Positions 18,491-28,100 of a stretch of DNA of 64,000 nt are shown here, in pieces. The stretch's first letter is position 1; every line of letters starts with the position of its first letter. Below the pieces are notes generated by a model. That model saw only the letters and a list, made by a program, of their open reading frames with translations. It was not told where the DNA came from and did not search any database. The stretch spans positions 77,022-141,021 of the forward strand of contig CAVZAM010000033.1 in NCBI GenBank assembly GCA_963773285.1, written 5' to 3'. Made by a program: the position numbers and the translations under genes. The DNA comes from an uncultured delta proteobacterium. GTDB lineage: Bacteria; Desulfobacterota; Desulfobaccia; Desulfobaccales; 0-14-0-80-60-11.

Positions 18491-19175
18491 TCACCTGCTC
18501 CTGCCCGTCCGGGGAACGGTTTTGGGGCCGCCGGGTGCAAAAAAATCCGCCGGGCCCTTCCCTTCCTTGGCGGCCTGATACAGGTGAGCCTCCACCCTTT
18601 GTTCCGGGGAGCTTTCCACTTCCACCTTGTTGGTGGCCAGCTTCAGGGTGATCTTGGAGCCCTTGAGCAGGTCCTCCCCCCGCCAGACCTGGGGGTGCCC
18701 CAGGAGCACGATTTCGTCCTTGTCCTTGTAGTAAATGGCCTTTTCACCGGTGGCCACCCGGTCTCCCTGGACACAGCGGACGTTGCCTAAGGCCTCGATG
18801 TGGTCGATCTTGTCGCCGCCCATGCCCCCCAGGGGAGCATTTGGCGCTTCCTGGCCTTTGGCGGCAGGGGGAGCGGGGGCTTGGCCCTTCTCCGTGGGCT
18901 TATAGTAAATCAGCAGCTTGTCGCTGTACAGGGTGTAATCGCCATAGTCCGCCTTTACCTGGCCTTTAAAGGTAATCAGGCGCTGGTCCTGGTCGGCCTC
19001 CATCTGGGCGGCGCTGATGTGCAGGGGGTACTCCTGCTTCTGGGCGCCCGCCAACGGCGTCTTGGCCTGAGCCGGGGCGGCGGGTTTGGGGGCCGCGTTG
19101 GCCGGAAGCGGGCGTCCCCATCAGGAACAAACCCAGGAGGACCCCCAGGGCCGGGGCCAACCGGCCGGCACGCAT
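18491..19175 (-). CDS. lptA: LPS transport periplasmic protein LptA (apparent 1-nt frameshift near 19095-19105)
   Basis: OstA-like body (LHISAAQMEADQDQRLITFKGQVK...) from a TTG start. The signal peptide MRAGRLAPALGVLLGLFLMGTPASG lies in a different frame immediately upstream. Confidence 0.8.
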
Positions 19176-19186
19176 GATGCTTCCGG

Positions 19187-19786
19187 TCACAGGAGCCCTT
19201 TCTCCACTTTCACCTTGGTCAGCCGGTGCTTTTTCATAATCAGGTGTTTCGTCGCCAGGTCGATGTGCAGGTCTTTTCCTTCCACCTGGGCCCGGGGTCC
19301 GTCCATGAAGACATCCTCCGGGGCCACCAGGGTGCGGCCGTTGTGGAAATAATCAATTTCCGGGGTGGTGATGGTGATGTCCCCCCGTTTCAGCTTGACG
19401 TCGCCCCTGACCACCAAGTCCCGGGTTTTGGTGTTGATCAGGCCTTCATTCCCCCAGAGATACACGGTTTCCTGACCCTGGCCGTAAAATTCCAGGTAGA
19501 CGTCCCGCATCCGGACTTCGTCGCTCTTCGTTGGATACTCGGCCTTTTGGGCCTTGAGCTTCCAGCGCTGGCCGCCTTCCTCGATCTGGGTCAGGGACAG
19601 GCTGTCCATTTTGGCCTTTTCGCCGGCGTGATTTTCGGCGGGCGGGGGGGGCGGTGGCGGGGCGAGATACCACCACAGGCCGCCGGCGGCCAGGCCCACC
19701 ACCCCCAGGAAGGCCAGCAGCACCAGGAGGCGGCCCCAAGCGGAGCGCCGGGTGCAAAGGATGACGCCCTCAGGGGAAGATGCCAT
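19187..19786 (-). CDS. lptC: LPS export system protein LptC
   Basis: N-terminal TM anchor LLVLLAFLGVVGLAAGGLWWYL plus a beta-jellyroll-like body. It is positioned upstream of lptA-lptB. Confidence 0.75.
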   Translation of the reverse strand: MASSPEGVILCTRRSAWGRLLVLLAFLGVVGLAAGGLWWYLAPPPPPPPAENHAGEKAKMDSLSLTQIEEGGQRWKLKAQKAEYPTKSDEVRMRDVYLEFYGQGQETVYLWGNEGLINTKTRDLVVRGDVKLKRGDITITTPEIDYFHNGRTLVAPEDVFMDGPRAQVEGKDLHIDLATKHLIMKKHRLTKVKVEKGLL

Positions 19787-20136
19787 GGCTGTACAGGTAG
19801 TTTCGAGGCGGGGCGCAGTCCTGCGCTCCTTTATTTTTCGCTCATCTCATCATGGAGATGTCTTGGCCTCTTATTGATGACGTTCTGATGCTGCATCGGC
19901 ATTTCGAGGCTTAAGGTGAGCCTTGGGGAATAAAAACCAACCATCCCGGCAAGATCACCCACGCCACGCCAACAAGGGTAATATACAGCTTTTTCTTAAT
20001 TTTTCCAACTCAACAAGGTGGGGTGCGGGTATGAGAAGAAAGGCCAGGGAGTTTGGCGCGGTAAGCTTGGGGCGGGGTACTACCGGCTTTCTGGTTGCGG
20101 CTCAGGCATATGGCCTTGTGCCCCTGTCAATTCACC

Positions 20137-20682
20137 TCAGGGTGGCGAGGGGAGCCAGATGGCCAGGAGCTTTTCCCAGGCGCCGGCGGCTTTGAGGATA
20201 AGATCGGTGACTTCCCGCACCGCACCCCGGCCCCCGGGGTTTTGCGTCACCCAGTGGGCGTGGGCCTTCACCTCGGCCACCGCGTCCGCCACCGCCACCG
20301 CCAGGCCCACCCGGAGAAAAAGGGGCAGGTCCACCAGTTCGTCCCCCACCGCGGCCACCTCGTCTGGCTGCAGATTAAGGGTGCGGCACAGTTCCTCCAG
20401 GACCGGCACCTTGTCCCTGAAGCCCTCGAAGTAGCGGGTCACGGTCAGTTCCTTGGCCCGGGAGAAGGCCGCGTCGGAGCGCCGCCCGGAAAGAAAGGCC
20501 ACCTCGATGCCCCCCAGCTGGGCCATCTTGATGCCGTGGCCGTCCCGGACGTGGAAGACCTTGAACAGTTCGTCTTTGGGGCCGTAATACAGGAAGCCGT
20601 CGGTGAGGACGCCGTCTATGTCCAGGATGAGCAGGCGGATCCTGGCCGGCGCGCTGCCAGACGTCGGGGGGGTAGGTATCAT
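20137..20682 (-). CDS. kdsC: KDO 8-phosphate phosphatase (HAD family)
   Basis: [13 protein letters not shown], and GDELVDLP as HAD motif III. It overlaps the kdsA stop. Confidence 0.85.
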   Translation of the reverse strand: MIPTPPTSGSAPARIRLLILDIDGVLTDGFLYYGPKDELFKVFHVRDGHGIKMAQLGGIEVAFLSGRRSDAAFSRAKELTVTRYFEGFRDKVPVLEELCRTLNLQPDEVAAVGDELVDLPLFLRVGLAVAVADAVAEVKAHAHWVTQNPGGRGAVREVTDLILKAAGAWEKLLAIWLPSPP

Positions 20683-21522
20683 CGGTCATGGGCTGGATGC
20701 TCCTGCATGAGGGCATGAAGGGCCTTGAGCGTGCGCCACAGTTGGGGGACTTCCTGCAACGGCAGGGAGTTGGGTCCGTCGCAGCGGGCCTTGTCCGGCT
20801 CCGGGTGGACTTCCAGGAAAATGCCGTCCACGCCGGCGGCCACCCCGGCCCGGGCCAGCAGCGGCACAAACTCCCGCTGACCCCCGGAGCAGGACCCCTG
20901 GCCCCCGGGGAGCTGCACGCTGTGGGTCACGTCCAGGACCACGGGGCAGCCCAGGCCCCGCATGATGGCCAGGCCCCGGAAATCCACCACCAGGTTGTTG
21001 TAGCCGAGACACGTGCCCCGCTCGGTGAGAAAAATTTGGGAGTTGCCGGCGGCGCGGGCCTTTTCCACCACCGGGGCCATGTCCCAGGGGGCCATGAACT
21101 GGCCTTTCTTGATGTTCACGGGTTTCCCGGTCTTGGCCGCGGCCACCACCAGGTCGGTCTGGCGGCACAAGAAGGCGGGGATCTGCAAAACGTCCAGGAC
21201 TTCGGCGGCGGGGGCCACGTCGCTCACCTGGTGCACGTCGGAGAGCACCGGCAGCCCCACTTCCGCTTTCACCCGGGCCAGGATGGCCAGGCCGTCCTTT
21301 AGCCCCGGCCCCCGATAGGAAGACAGCGAAGTGCGGTTGGCCTTGTCGTAGGAGGCCTTGAAGATGAGGGGGAGGGCCAGTTCAGTCGGCGTATTGCTTG
21401 AGGGTGCGGGCGATGTCCAGGGTCAGCCCCGCGTCCTCGATGACGCAGGGCCCGGCGATCATGACCAGGTTGCTGCCCCCTAACTGGAAATTTGCTATTG
21501 GTATTTTTTCAGCCGATTCCAT
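20679..21522 (-). CDS. kdsA: 2-dehydro-3-deoxyphosphooctonate aldolase KdsA (apparent 1-nt insertion at about 21382-21385)
   Basis: The N-terminus [29 protein letters not shown]...KQYAD ends at a TGA. The next frame continues [28 protein letters not shown]...[12 protein letters not shown]...DVTHS. The first 14 codons lie in AT-rich DNA. Confidence 0.9.
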
Positions 21523-21559
21523 ATTTGAGATTTGATCTTTTAATGAAAGAGTAGAGCAC

Positions 21560-22429
21560 TCATTTATTAAACTCTTCAAAGAATTTTTCATCCACATCAT
21601 AGGCAGTTTTCGGAATAAGCCCAAGTGGCACCTTTTCAAACATCTGCACGAGAGTATCGCCGTCAACCAGTTCTATGGGAGGTGCACCATCCCTTCGAGC
21701 TTCCTTCTTGGCTTCCAGGGTGAATGTGCCGGTGGTGATGATGATGCCCTTGTCAGCTCTTCCCATCATTGCGCCACGAAAATCCCTTATCTGAGAGGGA
21801 GTTACAGCCCCCTGGTAACGTTTGCATTGGAAAAGAACATTGAAGCTCACGAAAGGATTCACTTGAAGAATGCCCACTCCGTCAATCCCTCCGTCGCCCG
21901 TCTTTCCAGTAACAACCACTTTTTGGAAACCTGACTCCCGCAAGAGTCTCTGACAAAGGCGTTCAAAGCCATTAGGAGGCAAGGACTTAATCAGATTGAG
22001 CAAGTTCGTCCGGTGATCCGGAGGCTCAATTTCTTCTTCCTCTGACTCAGTATCTGCTATTAACCCCTGGTCTTTGGTTTTTTTAACTTTTTCAAACCGC
22101 TTATGAATCGTTTTAAAGGTGCCCAAAACATCAAAGGTTGTATCCTCGGTTTCAGTTGACAGACCTTTCTCCGTGAGACTCCATATGCCACGTTTTGACG
22201 AGTCGATAAGACCTGCTTGCACCAAATAGAAACGTGCCCACTGGATTTGGTTACGGACTCTTGATTGCCCGCCTTTTAGCATCATTTCTTGATCGGATTC
22301 GGGTATTTTCATTTTTTCGATAACTCGGTCAATCACCTCGGATACCGTTCCAGATCCCCCAGTCTCTTTGAGGACCTCAATTATGGGCTTAAAAAAACGA
22401 ATAAACTGCGGGCCTTTGCTTTTACTCAT
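21560..22429 (-). CDS. mrr: Mrr-family type IV restriction endonuclease (Mrr_N winged helix + Mrr_cat)
   Basis: 289-aa ORF in AT-rich DNA. The C-terminus GDGGIDGVGIL...VLFQCKRY carries the D...QxK nuclease motif. The N-terminus has wHTH-like RNQIQWARFYLVQAGLI. Confidence 0.85.
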   Translation of the reverse strand: MSKSKGPQFIRFFKPIIEVLKETGGSGTVSEVIDRVIEKMKIPESDQEMMLKGGQSRVRNQIQWARFYLVQAGLIDSSKRGIWSLTEKGLSTETEDTTFDVLGTFKTIHKRFEKVKKTKDQGLIADTESEEEEIEPPDHRTNLLNLIKSLPPNGFERLCQRLLRESGFQKVVVTGKTGDGGIDGVGILQVNPFVSFNVLFQCKRYQGAVTPSQIRDFRGAMMGRADKGIIITTGTFTLEAKKEARRDGAPPIELVDGDTLVQMFEKVPLGLIPKTAYDVDEKFFEEFNK

Positions 22430-22510
22430 TTTGTCTCACCAACATATCTCCAAGATTTGTTAGTCAATGATATAAACAAAATAAAGGCTTGAAGAGGCAT
22501 GCTTGGGAGA

Positions 22511-22674
22511 CCCTTCGCCTGCGGCTCAGGGTGACAGGAAGAAGCATCTATAACTAGAATATCAAACAGGGAAAAAATGAAGTCAATATGGAACTGTCTT
22601 TTTTGTCATCCTGAACGAAGTGAAGGATCTCAACTCCTTGCAAAGAATAGATTCTTCGCTACGCTCAGAATGAC
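22511..22674. repeat. three copies of a ~26-nt motif, two forming an inverted repeat
   Basis: GTCATCCTGAACGAAGTGAAGGATCT (22605-22631) faces AGATTCTTCGCTACGCTCAGAATGAC (22649-22674), matching at about 21 of 26 positions. A third, R-like copy lies at 22511-22536. Confidence 0.75.
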
Positions 22675-22707
22675 ACTAATACATATTGACTCTTGCTTAC
22701 ACGACCC

Positions 22708-24363
22708 TCAAATATCGCTACCTTGCCCCTGGCCCTGCTTATAAGCGTAACAGGCCCCCACGTAGTCCCGGAAGAGGGGGTGGGGGGTCTGGGGCCGGGA
22801 CTTGAACTCGGGGTGGAACTGGCAGCCCAGGAACCACGGGTGGTCGGGGATTTCCACGATTTCCACCAGCTCGCCGTTGGGGGAAGTGCCGGTGATGGCC
22901 AGACCCGCCTCGGCCAGGCGCTCCCGGTAGGCGTTGTTGAACTCGTAGCGGTGGCGGTGGCGCTCCATGATTTCCTGGACCCCATACGCCTTGGCCGCCA
23001 GGGTCCCGGGGGTGAGCACACAGGGGTAGGCCCCCAGGCGCATGGTGCCGCCCAGCTCGGAGGACTCATCCCGGTTAATTACGGCGTTGAGGCGGTAGTC
23101 GAACCACTGGCGCATCAGGTAAATCACCGGCTCGCACGGGGAGATATTGAATTCCTCGCTCTGGGCGGTGGTGAGGCCGGCCAGGTGACGGGCGTATTCG
23201 ATGACCGCCAGCTGCATACCGAAGCACAGGCCGAAATAGGGGATCTTTTGCTCCCGGGCGTAGCGGATGGCGGCGATTTTCCCCTCGACGCCCCGGGTGC
23301 CGAAGCCGCCGGGGACCAGGATGCCGTGAAGGTGGGAGAGCAGCGCCTCGGGCCCGTCCCGCTCCACCGCCTCGGCGTCGATGTAGTTGAAGGACACCTT
23401 GACCCCGTGGGCCATGCCGCCGTGCACCAGGGCCTCGTGCAGGCTCTTGTAGGACTCCACCAGGTTGACATACTTGCCGATGATGCCGATCTCCACCTGG
23501 TCTTGGGGGTTTTTGAGGCCGGCCACCAGCCGCTCCCAGGGCTCGAGGCGCGGCGCCCCGGTCCAGATGTTCAGGACCTCGATGAGGCGCTCGTCCAGAC
23601 CCTCCTGGTGGAAGAGCAGGGGAATCTCGTAAATATTTTCCACGTCCTGGGCGGTAATGACGGAGTTGGCTTCGACGTTGCAGAACAGGGCGATTTTGCC
23701 CTTGATATCCCGGGTAAGCAAGCGGTCGCTGCGGCACAGGAGGAGGTTGGGCTGGATACCGATGCTGCGCAGTTCCTTGACGCTGTGCTGGGTGGGCTTG
23801 GTCTTGACCTCGCCCGCGGTCTTGATGTAGGGCACCAGGGTGACGTGGACGTAGCAGACGTTGTCTTTCCCCAGGTCGCCTTTGAGTTGGCGGATGGCCT
23901 CGAGGAAGGGCAGGCTCTCGATGTCGCCCACGGTGCCGCCGATTTCGATGATGGCCACATCGGCTTCGTTGGTCACCGACAGGACGGCCTGCTTGATTTC
24001 GTCGGTGATGTGGGGGATGACCTGGACCGTGCCCCCGAGGTAGTCCCCCCGGCGCTCTTTGGTGATGACGTTGAAGTAGATGCGCCCCGAGGTGTAGTTG
24101 TGGGCCTGGCCCAGGGTGACGGTGGTGAAGCGTTCGTAGTGGCCGAGGTCGAGGTCGGTTTCGGCGCCGTCCTCAGTGACGAAGACTTCGCCGTGCTGGA
24201 AGGGGTTCATGGTGCCGGGGTCGACGTTGATGTAGGGGTCGAGCTTCTGAAAGGTGACTCGTAGCCCTCTGGCCTCCAGCAGCGCCCCGATGGCTGCCGC
24301 GGCCACCCCTTTCCCCAGGGAGGAAAGCACTCCCCCGGTGATGAAGATGATTTTGGTCTTCAC
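22708..24363 (-). CDS. pyrG: CTP synthase
   Basis: GTG start at 24363 ([19 protein letters not shown]). The glutaminase domain has GLCFGMQ and HRHRYE. Confidence 0.95.
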   Translation of the reverse strand: MKTKIIFITGGVLSSLGKGVAAAAIGALLEARGLRVTFQKLDPYINVDPGTMNPFQHGEVFVTEDGAETDLDLGHYERFTTVTLGQAHNYTSGRIYFNVITKERRGDYLGGTVQVIPHITDEIKQAVLSVTNEADVAIIEIGGTVGDIESLPFLEAIRQLKGDLGKDNVCYVHVTLVPYIKTAGEVKTKPTQHSVKELRSIGIQPNLLLCRSDRLLTRDIKGKIALFCNVEANSVITAQDVENIYEIPLLFHQEGLDERLIEVLNIWTGAPRLEPWERLVAGLKNPQDQVEIGIIGKYVNLVESYKSLHEALVHGGMAHGVKVSFNYIDAEAVERDGPEALLSHLHGILVPGGFGTRGVEGKIAAIRYAREQKIPYFGLCFGMQLAVIEYARHLAGLTTAQSEEFNISPCEPVIYLMRQWFDYRLNAVINRDESSELGGTMRLGAYPCVLTPGTLAAKAYGVQEIMERHRHRYEFNNAYRERLAEAGLAITGTSPNGELVEIVEIPDHPWFLGCQFHPEFKSRPQTPHPLFRDYVGACYAYKQGQGQGSDI

Positions 24364-24430
24364 GGGTTTTCCTTTGTCACTATAGTACCGGGACCTGTTT
24401 GAAGTCAAGCGGTCCCTTGTCAAAATATTA

Positions 24431-24612
24431 GTGGGGGAGGGGGCTAAGGGCCAGCGGGCCCTTACCCCCTCCCCCACGCCCCCTCCCTCAATCCCTTTAG
24501 TTTGGGAAATTTAGTGGCCGGGGCGATTGCCCGGTCCCGGCCACTAACTCAAAGGGTTGGGAGGGGGGAGTGGGGGGAGGGCAGGGAGCCACCGCTCCCT
24601 GGCCCTCCCCCC
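24431..24612. repeat. composite G/C-rich palindromic element (~180 bp, three hairpins)
   Basis: HP1 is GGGGGAGGGGGCTAAGGGCCAGCGGGCCCTTACCCCCTCCCCC (24433-24475). The central hairpin is TTAGTGGCCGGGGCGATTGCCCGGTCCCGGCCACTAA. HP3 is GGGGAGGGCAGGGAGCCACCGCTCCCTGGCCCTCCCC. Confidence 0.85.
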
Positions 24613-24667
24613 ATCGACCATCCCAAAAAAAAGGGGCCAGGAAATCCCTGGCCCCGCAAGGTCAGTC

Positions 24668-25129
24668 TTAGGCGCTCTGGGCCTTGGGCTGCGCCGCCAG
24701 CCACGCCTCCCGGGCCTTCTGGCGCAGGGGGCTGGGCCCCAGCTTTACTGCCCGCTCGGCCATTTCGTTGGCGATGGCCGCAAATCTCGGCCCCTCGGAA
24801 GAGGAGAGGTTGAACATCTCCAGGCGGTCGGGGTCGAAGCCCATCTGCTCGAAGTCCTTCTTGACCTTGGCCACCCTTTTCCTGGCCTGGATGTTCCCGG
24901 ACAGGTAGTGGCACTCGCCCTCGAGGCAGCCGGCCACAAAGACCGCATCCGCCCCGCCCTCGAAGGCCTTGAGCAAATGCAGGATGTCCACCCGGCCGGT
25001 GCAGGGCATCAGGATGATCTTAATCTCCGGAGGATACTGCAACCGCATCGAACCTGCCAGGTCCGCGGCGCTGTATGCTCAGTAGCGGCAGCAAAAACCG
25101 ATGATCTTGGGGATATAAGGCTCGCTCAT
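24668..25129 (-). CDS. MvhD/FlpD-like hydrogenase delta-subunit family protein, predicted selenoprotein (in-frame TGA at 25081-25079)
   Basis: ATG at 25129. MSEPYIPKIIGFCCRY-TGA-AYSAADLAGSMRLQYPPEIKIILMPCTGRV all lies in one frame. The TGA aligns with the second Cys of the family motif CxWC-SY-GAD-AG. Confidence 0.8.
25043..25068 (-). promoter_or_regulatory. candidate bacterial SECIS hairpin
   Basis: CCGC-GGACC-UGGCA-GGUUC-GAU-GCGG. It starts 11 nt after the UGA and has a G-containing apical loop. Confidence 0.55.
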
Positions 25130-25144
25130 CCTCTGCTCCTTTCC

Positions 25145-28100
25145 TTAACCGGCAGCCAGGGCCAGTTCCTGGGCGATGATCTGGATGTCGGTGTAATGTT
25201 TCAGGCTGATGGCCTTGGCCGGGCACTCCGAGACGCAGACGCCGCAGCCCTGGCACTTGGCCGGGTCGATGTAGGCGGCGTCGATGGTGTAGTCGATGAC
25301 CGGCACGTTGAAGGGGCAGGTGCGCACGCAGGTGAGGCAGACGGCGCACTTGTCGGGGGTCACTTCCGCCACGATGCCCCCAATCTTGACCTGGTCCATG
25401 CCCAGGAAGGTGGCGGCCCGGCCCGCGGCGGCCTTGGCCTGGGCGATGGTCTCGTCGATGGGCTTGGGATAGTGGGCCAGCCCCGCCAGGAAGATGCCGT
25501 CGGAGGGGAAGTCCACCGGCCTGAGCTTGGCGTGGGCCTCGTTGAAGAAGCCCTCGGCGTTCCGGGAGACCTTGAAAAGCTCGCCCAGCTCCTCGGTGGG
25601 GTTGGGGAGCACGGCGCTGGCCAGGGTCAGGATATCCGGCTTAATGGCCATGGGGAGCCCCAGGATGGGGTCCTTGATGGTGACCTGGATGCCGCCCTCG
25701 GCGGTCTTTGCCACCACCGGCTTGCTGTCGAGATCGAAGCGGATGAAGATGACGCCTTTTTCCCGGGCCTCTTTGTAGAGCAGCTCCTTGTCCCCGTAGG
25801 TGCGCATATCCCGGTAGAGGATAAAGACGTCCATGTCGGGGTTCATGGTCTTGAGCTCGAGAGCGCTTTCCACCGAGTGGGTGCAGCACAGGCGGCTGCA
25901 GTAGGGGCGCTCCGGCTCCCTCGAGCCCACGCACTGGATGAAGACGGCCTGCTTGGCGCCGGTCACCCGGGGGTCTTTGGCCACCAGGGCCTTATCCAGG
26001 TCGAAGGCCAGGAAGACGTTGTCGTGCTGGCCGTAGAGGTATTCCTCGGGGCTGAAGGGCTTGCCGCCGGTGGCCATGACGGTGACGCCGTGTTCCAGCT
26101 CCTTGTCGCCGTCCGGGGTCTTCACGTTGGACTTGAAGTTGCCCGACAAAGCCGCTGGTTTCGGTTACCTGAGAGTTGAACAGCACCTCAATGTTGGGTG
26201 TGCTTGGTCACCTTGTCGATGAGCCCTTCCAGGTAGCCCCGGTAGTCGTAGCCCCGGTGGCTGGCCACCAGGTTCCAGGCGTTGCCGCCCAACTTGTCGC
26301 CCTGCTCCACGAGGGTGGCCGCAAAGCCCATGTTGGCGATGGACATGGCCGCTTCCATGCCGGCCACGCCGCCGCCGATGACCAGGGCGCTCTTGGTGAC
26401 CGGGAAGGCCATCTTGTGAAGAGGCTCCAGGTTGGTGAGGCGGGCGGCCACGCCCCGGATGAGGTCCTTGGCCTTTTCCAGGGCCTTTTCGGGCTCGTGC
26501 ATGTGCACCCAGGAGTCCTGGTCCCGGATGTTGGCCATCTCGAAGAGGTAGGGGTTGAGGCCCGGCCTGCTGGATGGTCTCCATGAACATGGGGGCGTGG
26601 GTCCGGGGGCTGCAGGAGGCCACCAGCACCCGGTTCAGCTTGTGCTCCTCGATGGCGTCCAGGATCTTGCCCTGGGTGTCGGCCGAGCAGGTGAAAAGGT
26701 TTTCATCGGCCAGCACCACGTTGGGAAGGGTGGCAGAATATTCCGCCAGGGAGGGGACGTCGATGACCCCGCCGATATTGATGCCGCAGTTGCACACGAA
26801 GACGCCGATCCTGGGCTCTTCGCCGCTGACGTCCCGCTCCGGCGGCAGTTCCGGCTTCTTGAGCTCGGTGCCCCGGGCCGCCGCGAGGAGTTCGCCGGCC
26901 GCAGCCGCGGCGGCGGAGGCCTCCATGACCGACTGGGGGATGTCCTTGGGGTTCTGGAAGACGCCGCAGACGTAGATGCCCGGCTGATTGGTGGACACCG
27001 GCGTGAACGGCGAAGACTTGGCGAAGCGGGTCTCGGGGACCACGTCCACGTCCAGGGTCTTGGCCAGTTTCAGGGCGTCCGGAGAGGCCTCCAGCCCCAC
27101 GGAGAGGACCACCATGTCGAAGTCTTCTTCCTTAATTTCCCCGTTCTCGGCGATATACCGCATGCGGACGTCGTCGGTGTCCGGGATGCGGTCGATGGTG
27201 TGGATGCGGGAGCGGACGAAGCGGATGCCGTGCTCGTCCTGGGCCCGCCAGTAATATTTCTCGAATTCCTTCCCCATGGTGCGCATGTCCATGAAGAAGA
27301 TGGAGGCGTCCAGTTCGTAGGTCTTGGCGTGTTCCTTGGCGATCACCGCCTGCTTGATGGCGTACATGCAGCACACCGACGAGCAGTAGCTGTTGTCGCA
27401 GTGATTGAGGTCCCGGGAGCCGACGCACTGGAGCCAGGCGATCTTCTTGGGCTCCTTGTGGTCGCTGGGCCGGATGAGGTGGCCGGCAAAGGGTCCCGAG
27501 GCCGACAGGATCCGCTCGAACTCCAGGCTGGTGACCACCCCGGGGTACTTGGCATAGTGGTAGGCCGAATATTTGGTGGGGTCGTAGGCCTGAAAACCCG
27601 GGGCCAGCACCACCGCGCCCACATTGAGCTCTATTTTCTTGGGGGCCTGGTCGTGGGACACGGCCTTGGCCTGGCAGGCAATGGCGCACTGCATGCACTC
27701 GGAGCACACCCCGCAGTTGATGCAGCGGGCGGCCTCGGCCACGGCCCGTTCCTTGTCGTAGCCCAGGTTGATTTCCTTGAAGCCCTTAAGCCACTCTTCC
27801 ACCGGGATGTGGGGCATGACGGACCGGGTCTCCGGGGTGAACTCCTGGGGGATGGGGTTCCACTCGCCTTCTTGGATGGGGCGCAGGGGCATCTGCCGGT
27901 CTGCCAGAAGGTCCTGGCCGTGCAGGTGGCGCTCGATGGAGACCGCGGCTTCCCGCCCGTCGGCCACCGCGGCGATGGCGATCCAGGGGCCGGAGACGAC
28001 GTCGCCGCCGGCAAACACGCCCTCCCGGCTGGTGGCCCGGGTGGCCGGGTCGGCCTTGATGAGGCCCCGGGGGGTGAGTTCGATGCCGTCCGCCTCGGTG

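Noticed and set aside
19808-19842. GC hairpin (GCGCAG-TC-CTGCGC) followed by TTTATTTTT on the plus strand, considered as a terminator
   Set aside because: There is no plus-strand gene upstream. For the minus-strand kdsC-lptC transcript, the T-run is on the wrong side of the hairpin.
22693-24264. 523-aa plus-strand ORF
   Set aside because: It is antisense to pyrG, which has unambiguous CTP synthase motifs. The translation is Gly/Ala/Val/Asp/Leu low-complexity sequence typical of the mirror frame of high-GC genes.
25043-25068. GGTTCGAT T-loop-like sequence considered as a tRNA fragment
   Set aside because: There is no acceptor or anticodon stem. It lies inside the mvhD-like coding frame and is better explained as a SECIS-type hairpin.
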